Assembly (NCBI GenBank): GCA_023265625.1
Contig: JAHFST010000004.1
Coordinates: 129,709-193,708 of the forward strand
Direction: 5' to 3'
DNA from: Deltaproteobacteria bacterium
GTDB taxonomy: Bacteria > UBA10199 > JACPAL01 > JAHFST01
Length of the DNA stretch: 64,000 bases
The notes beneath the pieces are model-generated. The model saw nothing but the letters and a program-made list of their open reading frames with translations, did no database searches and was not told where the DNA came from. Made by a program: the position numbers and the translations under genes. Below are positions 29,360 through 39,249 of this stretch, piece after piece. The first letter of the stretch is position 1. Each line of letters starts with the position of its first letter.

Positions 29360-31231
29360 ATGAGCTTAGCGCCTTTCAATGCCAGTCTAGTCGCCGCCAG
29401 TCAATTGGCCGGGAGTTCCCTGGCTCATCAGCGGTTTGATCCGGATAACCGGGTGCCGCCGGTGCGGCTGCAAGAGAGCAATGTCGTGATGTGGGTCAAT
29501 CCCGTGGGCGGCGGGGGCCGGGGGAAGAAGATTGCGGCAACGTATGAGCAAGATTTCCGCCGGGCCAAGTTACGGATCTGCCGAGTCAATCCCAAAAACC
29601 CGGAACAGATGATCCATCCATCGACCGGTCACAACGTTTCTGTGCAAGATTATCTGAAGCAAAATACCACCGGAAATGTGTTCATTTTGGAAACTCTCCC
29701 GGGCCGCACCGAACGAACGAACCGACTGGTGCAACTCCTAACCGCCATCCATACCACCATCAGCACACCACCGATCGGACTCCCCATGGGGGGAGACGGA
29801 ACCATCTCCGAATTTATGGAGGCCGCCTGGGAGAGCGTCGGGGTCGGGCCTCAAGACCTGATCCACGCCAGACCTGTGAGCACAGACCAATTGGCCCAAC
29901 TCCCCCTGATGGCCGCACCCACCCAGCGCACCGGTTCCGCGTGTGACTACTCCTCCCAAGCCCTGAGCGGCGGATCACGACCGCCCATCGTCAAGTTTCT
30001 GGAGCAGGCCCTCCCCGTCCCCATGTCTTGCAGCGCCACCTCAATTCCAGGAAAGGCTGGAGAAGATATTTTTTTAACCCCGCACAGCACCGGGTTCGGG
30101 TTTGGCGCCGAGATCTTCCGGCGGGGTGACAAGGCCAAGTTCGGTTGGCTCAAGGGGAGTTCCTGGAATTATAAACTTCGTATCCCGCTCGTCTTGAGTG
30201 GTGGATTGCTCTCTTGGCTCCGCAATCGAGTGTTACACAAGATACCCCTGCTCAACCTCATTCCACCTTTTGATCGCCCCACTGTTAATCCGGCCGCCTC
30301 TTTTATTGTCCAGGTTCAGATCGAGGGACAAGAAGCCTTTGCCGCCCAAGTTCAGGATGTCTTACTAACCGGCCTCCGCTATGTGGGTGGTGGCCTCTAT
30401 GTCCCCAGCACCCCCCTGGATGGCGTTACCTTGTTGCTGACCCGCAATGTGATCGGAGCGGTCCCGGCGGCCGTCGAATCACAGGTACGTGCTAGTATAA
30501 AACAGGCTACGGGGGACGAGGGAGACTCCATTTTTTGGGGAAATCATATTCGCCTCATCCCGAAAGATCACCAAGTCGCCCTCACGCCGGGGCAAAAAGT
30601 CGAACTGTCGTTCTGGAATCTTGATAACGAAACCCTCAGTGAACCCATCCCATTTCAATTCAATGGAGAATTTCGCGAAAAAGTGTCCGAGGCCCGCTTC
30701 ACCGTCACGACCCCCTACCCCAAATTTCTCGTGGCCCCCGGCAGCCGGTTTGACCAATTGCACAATCCCGACCTACGGGCCGCACGACCGGTGGTCCGGC
30801 AAGGGGTTCAGGCCTATGCCGTGACCGAACTCACCAAATACCTGGCCGGCCCCGAGTCACCGCTCGCCTCGCTGGCGATGGCCCTATCCGGCTTAGTCAT
30901 GAGTCGCAAGGCCCCACGGGCAGCGGTCATTGGCCTACTCCTCTCCCCACTGGCCGTGGTCAGTTCCTGGGTGACGACTCAGTTCCAGGAAATACTCGAC
31001 CTCTCAGATCAGGGCCTCGAAGGATTTGTTAAATTCACCTCGGGCTCCCTAGGCACCTATCTGGGACTCGCCATCGCCATTCGCTACCTGGCCCGCAACC
31101 ATCAGCTGCGCAAAATCATTGCGGGTGATTACCAACCAGACGATTCAGACAAAAAATCCGGGCGATTAGCCAGATTTGTTGCCGCGGGATCCTCCCTCTT
31201 ACTCGGAGCCCTCCATTTTTTGAGCTCTTAA
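29360..31231 (+). CDS. Divergent diacylglycerol-kinase-family protein with C-terminal hydrophobic helices
   Basis: VNPVGGGGRG, MGGDGTISE, GFGFGAEI, QFNGE correspond to the DAGK NPxSG/GGDGT/GxGxDA/QxDGE motifs; ATG at 29360 after AGGGG. Confidence 0.6.
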   Translation: MSLAPFNASLVAASQLAGSSLAHQRFDPDNRVPPVRLQESNVVMWVNPVGGGGRGKKIAATYEQDFRRAKLRICRVNPKNPEQMIHPSTGHNVSVQDYLKQNTTGNVFILETLPGRTERTNRLVQLLTAIHTTISTPPIGLPMGGDGTISEFMEAAWESVGVGPQDLIHARPVSTDQLAQLPLMAAPTQRTGSACDYSSQALSGGSRPPIVKFLEQALPVPMSCSATSIPGKAGEDIFLTPHSTGFGFGAEIFRRGDKAKFGWLKGSSWNYKLRIPLVLSGGLLSWLRNRVLHKIPLLNLIPPFDRPTVNPAASFIVQVQIEGQEAFAAQVQDVLLTGLRYVGGGLYVPSTPLDGVTLLLTRNVIGAVPAAVESQVRASIKQATGDEGDSIFWGNHIRLIPKDHQVALTPGQKVELSFWNLDNETLSEPIPFQFNGEFREKVSEARFTVTTPYPKFLVAPGSRFDQLHNPDLRAARPVVRQGVQAYAVTELTKYLAGPESPLASLAMALSGLVMSRKAPRAAVIGLLLSPLAVVSSWVTTQFQEILDLSDQGLEGFVKFTSGSLGTYLGLAIAIRYLARNHQLRKIIAGDYQPDDSDKKSGRLARFVAAGSSLLLGALHFLSS

Positions 31232-31293
31232 CCGCCAAAAATTGCCACTTGAAATGCATCGCACCCTATGTTCTGTTCCCCCCGATGCACGGC

Positions 31294-31698
31294 ATGAAAA
31301 GAAAATTATTAATAATTTCAATGGTTTGCAATATTGGTTTTTTGGCCAGTTGCGCCAAGACCGGGTCGATCCATGCCAATCGAGCCATTATTCCGCCGCC
31401 GACTTTTATCACGGAGGGGACGGCCTCGTGGTATGGCAAGCAATTCCACGGTCGCAAAACCGCCAGTGGCGAGCGTTTTAACACTTACGCCCTGACCTGT
31501 GCACATCGGACACTGCCCTTTGGGACACGTTTGAAGGTCATTAATGTGAACAATGGCCGGGAAACCATCGTCATCGTGAATGACCGAGGCCCCTTTATTC
31601 GATCACGAGTCCTGGATGTCTCGCTAGCCGCCGCCGAAGAGTTGCAATTTATCGGGCAAGGAACCGCGTTGGTTCGTATTGAACGGATGAATGACTAG
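31294..31698 (+). CDS. rlpA: Septal ring lytic transglycosylase RlpA-family lipoprotein
   Basis: Lipobox LASC; GTASWYG..FHGRKTASGE, AHRTLPFG, VNDRGPF. Confidence 0.9.
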   Translation: MKRKLLIISMVCNIGFLASCAKTGSIHANRAIIPPPTFITEGTASWYGKQFHGRKTASGERFNTYALTCAHRTLPFGTRLKVINVNNGRETIVIVNDRGPFIRSRVLDVSLAAAEELQFIGQGTALVRIERMND

Positions 31699-32560
31699 AC
31701 CCTCGCACCCCATTCGCGGCTTCATCACCTCACTGATTCTTTGCACCACCCTGCTTTTTTGTAATGCCCTCCAAATTGCGAGTATATTGGTCAAACCGAT
31801 CGCCCCAACCCTGTTTCGCCGCATCAACCGCGAGATCGTCAATGCCTGGTGGGGACTCTGCGTGATTTGGGCGGAACGCCTTTATGGGATGAAACTCATC
31901 ATCACCGGCGACCCCATTCCGGCTCAAGAAAACGCGATCGTCATCTTGAACCACCAAGCCATGGTGGATATTCCCATCATGCTGGCCTTTGGTTTACGCA
32001 AGGGGCGACTGGGTGATTTGAAGTGGTTTGTCAAGGATGTCATCAAGTACGTCCCGGGAGTGGGCTGGGGGATGTTGTTTATCAACTGTCTCTTCATCAA
32101 GCGCGATTGGACGGCGGACCGTGACTATATCGAATCCGTTTTTGCCAAGATTGTCGACAACCGCATTCCTTCCTGGATTGTCTCGTTCGTGGAAGGCACC
32201 AGGCTCCGCCCCAAAAAACTGGCCTTGAGCCAACAGCACGCGCGAGAACGCGGACTGGTCCCCACCCATCACGTCATGATCCCGCGCACCAAGGGATTCG
32301 TCGCCACCACGCAAGCCCTGCGCAATCACGTCACGGCGGTTTACGATCTGACCATCGGTTACCTGGATGGCCCGCCCACCCTATGGCAATGGGTGCAGGG
32401 GCTCGTGCCCGAGGTCCATCTCCATACCCGCCGTTTCCCCATCGAGACACTCCCCACCGAAGAAAAAGCCCTCTCCGATTGGCTCTTGCAACTTTTTCAA
32501 GAGAAAGACCGGTTACTTGAAAATTTTTATCAGAATAAGAGATTCTCATTTCTTAAATGA
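31691..32560 (+). CDS. Lysophospholipid acyltransferase (PlsC/YihG-like)
   Basis: NHQAMVD, FIKRDW, FVEGTR, PRTKGF, YDLTIGY. Confidence 0.88.
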   Translation: MTRPSHPIRGFITSLILCTTLLFCNALQIASILVKPIAPTLFRRINREIVNAWWGLCVIWAERLYGMKLIITGDPIPAQENAIVILNHQAMVDIPIMLAFGLRKGRLGDLKWFVKDVIKYVPGVGWGMLFINCLFIKRDWTADRDYIESVFAKIVDNRIPSWIVSFVEGTRLRPKKLALSQQHARERGLVPTHHVMIPRTKGFVATTQALRNHVTAVYDLTIGYLDGPPTLWQWVQGLVPEVHLHTRRFPIETLPTEEKALSDWLLQLFQEKDRLLENFYQNKRFSFLK

Positions 32561-33083
32561 TGACCAAATCCCTCTCAGAACTCAACCCCACCGGCCAACT
32601 TCTCCTCTACCAAGCCGAGGATGGCCTGACCAAACTCGAAGTGAAATTGGTGGACGAAACTGTTTGGCTGACTCAGTTGACTATGGCTGAACTATTTCAG
32701 ACGACTAAGCAAAACATCAGTCTGCACCTAAAAAACATACTTGAAGATGGGGAGTTAACTGAAGATCGAGTCGTCAAGGATTACTTGACAACTGCCGTTG
32801 ATGGTAAAAAATATCAGACAAAATTCTATAATCTCGAGGCCATCATCGCAGTAGGTTACCGGGTGCATTCTAAAAGAGGCACGCAATTTCGTCGCTGGGC
32901 CACGGAACGCCTGAACGAATACCTCGTCAAAGGTTTCACGATGGATGATGAGCGTCTGAAGCAAGTTTCCAATATCGGATCGGATTACTTCGATGAAATG
33001 TTGGAACGGATCAAGGATATCCGTTCCAGTGAGAAGCGATTCTACCAAAAAATTTTTATCAGAATAAAGGATTTTCATTTCTT
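32520..33083. repeat. 35-bp imperfect direct repeat (32520-32554 and 33049-33083) flanking the rhuM fragment
   Basis: AAAATTTTTATCAGAATAAGAGATTCTCATTTCTT vs AAAATTTTTATCAGAATAAAGGATTTTCATTTCTT (32/35 identical). Confidence 0.8.
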
Positions 33084-33135
33084 TCCCAAACCGCAAAATC
33101 ATTCCCGGCGGGAAACAACTCTGACTGAGAGCTGA
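32557..33135 (+). pseudogene. rhuM: Truncated virulence RhuM-family protein
   Basis: ETVWLTQ, YNLEAIIAVGYRV, TQFRRWAT, KGFTMDDERLK, IRSSEKRFYQKI; similarity stops at the direct repeat and the C-terminal part is missing. Confidence 0.75.
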
Positions 33136-34891
33136 GCAGGATTGGGCTCACATTGTCCAACTGCAAGACCCCGGTAAAAAAAGTTTCGAGGAAGCGCGCC
33201 ATCTGGTTGGAGGGTAGCGAGGGCTCCAACCAAGGCCGGACATTGGAGGGATGTTGCAGGACCAAACGACCGCCCGGGCGCAGGGCGCAAACCGACGCCG
33301 CGACTTGGCTCATATCTTCCGGATAAAACAAATAGACTCGGTCGGCGGTTTTGGCAAAGCGTTCCAAAAATGCCGCCTGCGAGAGCTTCTTGCCACGGAT
33401 CGTAACCCCCTGCCGACTGATATCCAGGTGTTGAACACTCCCACGCCGCCCGGCGGCACACACCCCCGCCTTCATCAGCCGCTTATCAAAACGGGCATCT
33501 CCCACAAAAAACGTCGTGGCATCTTTTCCCCTTGGGTACACGAGGGCCTGGTGAATTCTTGTTTGATCAATCGGTTTGGCCAGACCTTCGCGGAACGTCA
33601 AGGCCGTGGGAAACGTGGCCTTGATCCAATCGATATGCCCTGCAAACATCGCCGGATCCATCGTGGCCAGATGCCGGGGGACCAACCGTACCACCATCTG
33701 GGAAAGCGTCTGCCGGCACAGGGCCTCGCTCTGACTCTGGGAATGAAACTGCAAACATTCGTTGGTCTCCGAGACAATTTTTCCCCATTCCGGTTCCGGG
33801 GGCGGCCATTGGCCCGCCGCATGTCGCAACCAACCGTTGAACGGGACTGTATACCGGCAAAGATAACTGAACGAATGCCGCGCCACGCGCTTGGCCCGGG
33901 TCTGAAACCAGCGTAAAAAAGGGGTCAGCACGCCATGTGAGGAACGTTCCAGTTGCGCGGTGGGCACCACCTCCGTCTCAAGCGCCCGTAACCAAGTGAG
34001 CGGCACAAAGCCTTGCCTCGATTCGAACTCGAGAATTTTTCTTTGCCGATCCGACACTTTTAGAAAAAGCAGGCCCGCCGTGTGAGAGACAGACCGCCGT
34101 TGAAAAATATTAATGACATTGCCGGTCAGGTTGATCAAGGCCCACGGGGTTTGGTACACAGGACGGGTGTCACGAAACTGTCGCTCGATCTTAAAATCGG
34201 CCTCATGTTCGGGAGGGTTGAGTATCTGCAGGAACTGCGGCGAGATATCACCCCGGTCTTGTGTCACGAGAATACCGCCGGGTTTCAACGTGTTAAAAAC
34301 CGTGGTCGCGCTGGAAAGATCGTTGGTGTAAAAAAGGTAGATGACATCAACGGAGTTTTGGTGTTGCCGCATGAACTCTGGATCGGAATAAGAAGTCAGA
34401 TGAAACGTCAATCGTCCCTGACTTACCGATCCCGCAAAATAAGCCTGCAAGGACTGCATCGCCTCGGAATCATGCTCCACCACCAAGACCCGATCGCCAC
34501 GCCCCAGGGCTAGTTCAATGGTGCGATAATCGTATCCTGCCCCTAGAATCATGGTGGTCTTGCGAGAGGCGACACCCTGCAGGGATGACACCGCCCCTTC
34601 CACTTCCGATTGGCCAATACATCTCACTTGAGTCGGTATCATCGGAAACAAACGTCGCAGCGCCGTTTCATATTTTGGAAAATCCGGCTCTAAGGGCAAC
34701 ATCAGGGCCAAACTATCGGCAATGGCATAGGCAAAAGGGGTTAATCGATTGTGATCGATAGGGCCTCCTGATTGGAACACCTCCCATAATTCTTGTTTCA
34801 GCTCCGACCAGGGCACATCCTGCTTAAAAAGCCTCGCTTGTCCGGCTTCAGCGGTAAAGCGGCCCCACAATTTATCAAGTAAACCGAACAT
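33059..34891 (-). CDS. Hypothetical protein with two degenerate class I SAM-methyltransferase-like units
   Basis: ILGAG..VVEHD; VDVIYLFY..LKPGGILVTQ repeated as ADRVYLFY..LRPGGRLVLQ. Confidence 0.6.
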   Translation of the reverse strand: MFGLLDKLWGRFTAEAGQARLFKQDVPWSELKQELWEVFQSGGPIDHNRLTPFAYAIADSLALMLPLEPDFPKYETALRRLFPMIPTQVRCIGQSEVEGAVSSLQGVASRKTTMILGAGYDYRTIELALGRGDRVLVVEHDSEAMQSLQAYFAGSVSQGRLTFHLTSYSDPEFMRQHQNSVDVIYLFYTNDLSSATTVFNTLKPGGILVTQDRGDISPQFLQILNPPEHEADFKIERQFRDTRPVYQTPWALINLTGNVINIFQRRSVSHTAGLLFLKVSDRQRKILEFESRQGFVPLTWLRALETEVVPTAQLERSSHGVLTPFLRWFQTRAKRVARHSFSYLCRYTVPFNGWLRHAAGQWPPPEPEWGKIVSETNECLQFHSQSQSEALCRQTLSQMVVRLVPRHLATMDPAMFAGHIDWIKATFPTALTFREGLAKPIDQTRIHQALVYPRGKDATTFFVGDARFDKRLMKAGVCAAGRRGSVQHLDISRQGVTIRGKKLSQAAFLERFAKTADRVYLFYPEDMSQVAASVCALRPGGRLVLQHPSNVRPWLEPSLPSNQMARFLETFFTGVLQLDNVSPILLSSQSELFPAGNDFAVWERNENPLF

Positions 34892-34929
34892 TTTTGGATT
34901 CCCCCACCCAATATGACAAAAAAGTAGGC

Positions 34930-34946
34930 TGCAAACAACGCGCCAA
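34930..34946 (-). promoter_or_regulatory. Putative sigma54 (-24/-12) promoter
   Basis: Minus strand TTGGCGCG-TTGT-TTGCA with exact GG-N10-GC spacing, about 40 bp upstream of the ATG at 34891. Confidence 0.6.
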
Positions 34947-35045
34947 GTTATTTGAGAAAAATCCGTGCCTATTTTTTATTTTTGCGGGGCAAGAACGGGA
35001 AATAATGGGACAATCTTTCCCCCAACAGCAGGAAAAAATCGCCCC

Positions 35046-36185
35046 TTATTTATCGAGTCCGTAGATATCGTTGCGAAATTGCATGACGCCAGCCGCATCC
35101 ACCCAAGCGGTCTGATAATAAAGATAAACGGGCAGGGTATTCGTTAATTTAACAAACTGTTCTGTGCCACGATTGATGGCGGCCTTGATCCTCTCCTCGG
35201 TCCAGGGATTTGGTTCTTGGCCCAAGATCGCCACCGCGAGATCCAAGGGTTTTTGTACCCGAATACACCCATGGCTCAGGGCCCGTGCGCTCCTTTGAAA
35301 GAAACTCTTCGATGGGGTGTCATGCAGGTAGACATCATATTGATTTGGAAAGAGAAATTTGACTCTGCCTAGGGCATTCCCCGCCCCTGAATCCTGATGA
35401 AAGGTATATTGCCGCCACTGGGCGGCATCTTCCCAATCGATCGTCGCCGGATCCACCTCTTGGACCTTGCCATCCTGGTTCGTCAAAACCCTCATCCCCT
35501 TTTTGGCCAGATAATTAGGATCCTTCTTAATATCGGGGATCACCTCTTTGACCGCTATCTTGGTCGGGACATGCCAGCGGGGATTAAACACAATATGGGT
35601 CATCTGGGCATGAAAGATGGGCGTCTGCCAATTCCGCATCCCCACCACCACGCGCATCGTGAGCTGCGGTTTGTCGCCCTCCATCAGGGACAGGGTATAA
35701 TCCGGGATGTTCACGGCTACATAACGCCCTTCCATTAGGCCGGGTCGCTCGCCCCACCGCACCAAATTACGTTCGATTTGGTGAGTGCGCTGTTCCAAGG
35801 AAACATTCAAGGCCACCAAGGTCGATGGGCCAATCGTCCCATCCGGATCAATCCCATGACGTTCTTGAAACCGTTTCACCGCCGCGACCAATGCCTCATC
35901 ATAAAGGTCGGGTTGGCGGGACTTTAATTGTTTGGCACTATCGGTAACCATCAAACGCGCCCGCAAGACAGCGACCCTGGGCCCCTGCTCTCCCGGCTCA
36001 ATCTTGGGCCCGGGCGGAATCGAAGGCCAGCCCCCCTCCTGCTTCTTGGCTAATTTTTGATGGGCCTCTAAGGCACGTTGCAGTTGTTGATAGGCCGGAT
36101 CTTTCGCATCAGACTCCTGCGCAAGCCCAGTCCCCGCACTGAACAGACCAACACACACCGCCATGAAAAGAGAAAGTCGTCTCAC
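35046..36185 (-). CDS. L,D-transpeptidase, YcbB/LdtD type with peptidoglycan-binding domain
   Basis: Signal peptide, AVKRFQERHGI.PDG, VNIPDY, NALGRVKFLFPN, YLHDTP, SHGCIRV. Confidence 0.92.
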   Translation of the reverse strand: MRRLSLFMAVCVGLFSAGTGLAQESDAKDPAYQQLQRALEAHQKLAKKQEGGWPSIPPGPKIEPGEQGPRVAVLRARLMVTDSAKQLKSRQPDLYDEALVAAVKRFQERHGIDPDGTIGPSTLVALNVSLEQRTHQIERNLVRWGERPGLMEGRYVAVNIPDYTLSLMEGDKPQLTMRVVVGMRNWQTPIFHAQMTHIVFNPRWHVPTKIAVKEVIPDIKKDPNYLAKKGMRVLTNQDGKVQEVDPATIDWEDAAQWRQYTFHQDSGAGNALGRVKFLFPNQYDVYLHDTPSKSFFQRSARALSHGCIRVQKPLDLAVAILGQEPNPWTEERIKAAINRGTEQFVKLTNTLPVYLYYQTAWVDAAGVMQFRNDIYGLDK

Positions 36186-36857
36186 CTAGAGCTTTTTCTT
36201 GGAGAAATACCAATCCGTGACTTGAAATTCCTTCATTTGCACGCGCTCGTGGGCCGCCTGTGCCGTGGTCGGTGGCGGGACAATCACATCCTCACCCGGC
36301 CGCCAATTCGCGGGACAGGCCACCGCATGTTTATCCACCGTCTGCAAGGCATCCACTACCCGGACAATTTCGTCAAAATTTCGACCCACATTGAGGGGAT
36401 AATAAATCATCGCCCGCAAGGTGCGTTTGGGATCGATAAAGAAGACACACCGCACCGTCGCCGTCGCGGCACTGGGGGTGTGAACCATGCCATAAAGACG
36501 GGACACCTTTTGATCCAAATCGGCAATGACGGGAAACTTGATCTTCACCCCAAACTTCTCTTCGATATTGCGCGTCCAGGCGATGTGGCTAAAAACACTG
36601 TCGATCGAATTCCCGAGCAAGGCCACATTCTTCTTCTCTAAATCATCGGTGCGCTTGGCGAACTCGATAAATTCGGTGGTACAAACCGGGGTAAAATCGG
36701 CCGGATGGGAAAACAAAATGACCCACTTCCCCTCCTGCCAGGTCGACAACCGCAACGGCCCATGGGTCGAGTTCGCTTCAAAATCCGGGGCCGGACCATT
36801 CAACTCCAGTCGGGGCACGGTCACTTCAACAGCACTTGGATTGGCGATAGCATTCAT
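36186..36857 (-). CDS. Peroxiredoxin (Prx6/AhpC-TSA)
   Basis: HPADFTPVCTTE, GRNFDEI.R, PANWRPG; ATG at 36857 after AAGGAG. Confidence 0.93.
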   Translation of the reverse strand: MNAIANPSAVEVTVPRLELNGPAPDFEANSTHGPLRLSTWQEGKWVILFSHPADFTPVCTTEFIEFAKRTDDLEKKNVALLGNSIDSVFSHIAWTRNIEEKFGVKIKFPVIADLDQKVSRLYGMVHTPSAATATVRCVFFIDPKRTLRAMIYYPLNVGRNFDEIVRVVDALQTVDKHAVACPANWRPGEDVIVPPPTTAQAAHERVQMKEFQVTDWYFSKKKL

Positions 36858-36939
36858 AAAAATCTCCTTAATTTGAAACAGCGGAATCTTCCTAACGCCA
36901 TCGAAAGACGACGTCCAGGGCAAAATAAATCCTTGGATC

Positions 36940-37711
36940 TTATTTTGCCTTCAGTTCTCGCCTCTGTTTTAGTTGAATTTTTTTGATATTTTCTGCAACA
37001 GGAAGACTCTCAGGCATGGTCCTTACCGGTAATTCGCTCCCTCCTGATCTTTTCCTCTGTCTGTGTCGCACGAAAAAGATTAGCGGCCAGCTCCGTACTC
37101 CCCATATGATCGAGGATTTGCTCGTTTTTTTTCAACTTCTTCCGATGATGAATATCCTGGGCCGTCATACCACCGTACAACCCCATGTAACCGTGGTTCT
37201 GAAAGATGGCATAGTCGATGGAAGTAATGACACCGGCACGCTTTGCTGTCTCGGCCAGTCGTGTATTGTGAATCTTCATTTCATCCCTGAGAAGAAGTCG
37301 GCGTCCGACCTCGGTCGCCTGATCAGCAATCTCCTGTCGTCTTGTTTGAACAGCAAAATAGGTCTGGCCCAAGGCCACAATCTCTTTTGAAGGATCCGCG
37401 TTTTGAATAACAAGATAGCAACCATACCGGGAAAGGAGCGTTGTCCGAACCTCACGTTGCCCTCCCTTGCCAATTTCGATCATTTCGGTGATATCAACAA
37501 AATGATCCTCGATGCGCTGCCCACTGTTAAAACAGGCCGTTCGGGCCTTTAAGACCACCTGTTCAAAATTTCGGTAATCCGTGTAACCGAGAACCTGGGC
37601 AAAATCTCGACTTGACCAGTATTCATGACCAGCATCGTTAGTACGGCGGATACGTTCGAAGGGGGAAATATTGCCGGGGGTGGCGGGAACTTTTTCAAGA
37701 TCGTTGGTCAT
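36940..37711 (-). pseudogene. dinD: DNA damage-inducible protein D with internal deletion and frameshift
   Basis: EYWSSR, LSRYGCYLVIQNADP.K, QTYFAVQTR, GYMGLYGG, DHMGSTELAANLFRATQT; the frame stops at GKDHA but a DinD-like tail TMPESLPVAENIKK continues in another frame to TAA at 36940. Confidence 0.8.
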
Positions 37712-37782
37712 GGAGCACTTCCTAACCGTTGCAATAAATCATTACTGGAAAATATCCAGCAGAATGTTAATAGCCTCCCCCT

Positions 37783-39225
37783 GTGAACCAACCCACGGCG
37801 ACCAAACTATCCCAATTATTCGGCATCGACCTCCGCTCCCTCGCGCTGTTTCGGATCGGGACCGGGATACTCATCATCGCGGACCTGATTGATCGGAGCC
37901 GGGATCTTTCAGCTCATTACACCGACTTTGGGTTGCTGCCGCGTCATGCCCTGCTGGAAAAATTCGCCAATGTTTGGGACTGGTCGTTGTACAACTGGAG
38001 CGGGACCTTCCAGCTCGAGGCCTTGCTCTTTGTCGTGGCAGGGCTCTGTGCCGCCGCCTTGTTGGTGGGGTATCACACCCGGCTCGCCACTTGGGCCTCT
38101 TGGATCCTGCTGGTGTCCCTCCAGGCCCGCAACCCGATGGTGCTCCAGGCGGGCGATATTTTACTCCGACTCATGCTCTTTTGGGGACTCTTTCTGCCCC
38201 TCGGGGCGCGCTACTCCGTGGATCAATGGCGTCATCCAGACGCTGAGACGGGACCGGGTCTGGTCGTATCCGTCGCCACCATCGCCCTGTTGCTCCAAGT
38301 TTGTTTTGTCTACAGTTTCTCAGCCATTTTGAAGTGGCACCCCATCTGGATCAAAGACGGGACCGCCGTTTATTACGCCCTCAATATTGATCAAATGACC
38401 ACCCCGCTCGGCAACTTTATCCGACAGTTCCCATTATTCATGAAGGGCATGACCTTTGCGACTTATGCGCTGGAGGCCTTAGGCCCCTTCTTGTTTTTCT
38501 TCCCTTGGAAAAATGGCCCGATTCGAACGCTTATGATCGTTATCTTTATTAGTCTCCATCTAGGCTTGGGCCTCTGCCTGGAACTGGGATTGTTTCATTA
38601 TATCGATATGGCGAGCTTGATGGTGTTCCTCCCGGCTTGGTTTTGGGATCGTCGTCACCAAAACCGCCATCCTCCCATTCACCTCGATCTCTCCATTTGG
38701 AAAAACAGCCTGGCCCTCTGCTTCTTGATTTTTATCGTCCTGTGGAACCTGCAGACGGTCAGCGCGAAAAAATTCCCGCTTTCTCAAAAAATAGCCTGGC
38801 TGGGTCCCCTCCTGAAGATCGACCAGATGTGGGGCATGTTTGCGCCTTACCCGTTGATGGAGGATGGCTGGTACGTCATCCCGGGCAATTTACTCAATGG
38901 AAAACAAGTCGACTTGTTTCGCCAGGGACAGCCTGTCGATTGGAACAAACCCAAACTGGCCTCAACCCTGTACAAAAACCAACGCTGGCAAAAATACATG
39001 ATGAACATCTGGGGCGCCAATAACTACCCCTACCGACTCTACTACGGCCAATATCTCTGCCGGGATTGGAATACCCGCCATGAAGGACAGGAACAGGTCG
39101 ACAACTTTGAGATCACCTTCATGCGGGAGGACACCTTACCCAACTACCAGATAAAAGCCCCAGAGAAGGTGGTGATTTGGAAACACTATTGCTTCAAGGT
39201 TCCGGAGACCCTCCCGGTCAGGTAG
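37783..39225 (+). CDS. HTTM-domain membrane protein
   Basis: FGIDLRSLALFRI, SLQARNP..GD, LPLGARYSVD, DQMWGMFAPYP. Confidence 0.8.
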   Translation: MNQPTATKLSQLFGIDLRSLALFRIGTGILIIADLIDRSRDLSAHYTDFGLLPRHALLEKFANVWDWSLYNWSGTFQLEALLFVVAGLCAAALLVGYHTRLATWASWILLVSLQARNPMVLQAGDILLRLMLFWGLFLPLGARYSVDQWRHPDAETGPGLVVSVATIALLLQVCFVYSFSAILKWHPIWIKDGTAVYYALNIDQMTTPLGNFIRQFPLFMKGMTFATYALEALGPFLFFFPWKNGPIRTLMIVIFISLHLGLGLCLELGLFHYIDMASLMVFLPAWFWDRRHQNRHPPIHLDLSIWKNSLALCFLIFIVLWNLQTVSAKKFPLSQKIAWLGPLLKIDQMWGMFAPYPLMEDGWYVIPGNLLNGKQVDLFRQGQPVDWNKPKLASTLYKNQRWQKYMMNIWGANNYPYRLYYGQYLCRDWNTRHEGQEQVDNFEITFMREDTLPNYQIKAPEKVVIWKHYCFKVPETLPVR

Positions 39226-39249
39226 GGGTTCAAAATTTTGAACCCCTAC
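39222..39249. repeat. Perfect 28-bp GTAG palindrome (REP-like, possible bidirectional terminator)
   Basis: GTAGGGGTTCAAAATTTTGAACCCCTAC between convergent genes. Confidence 0.8.
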
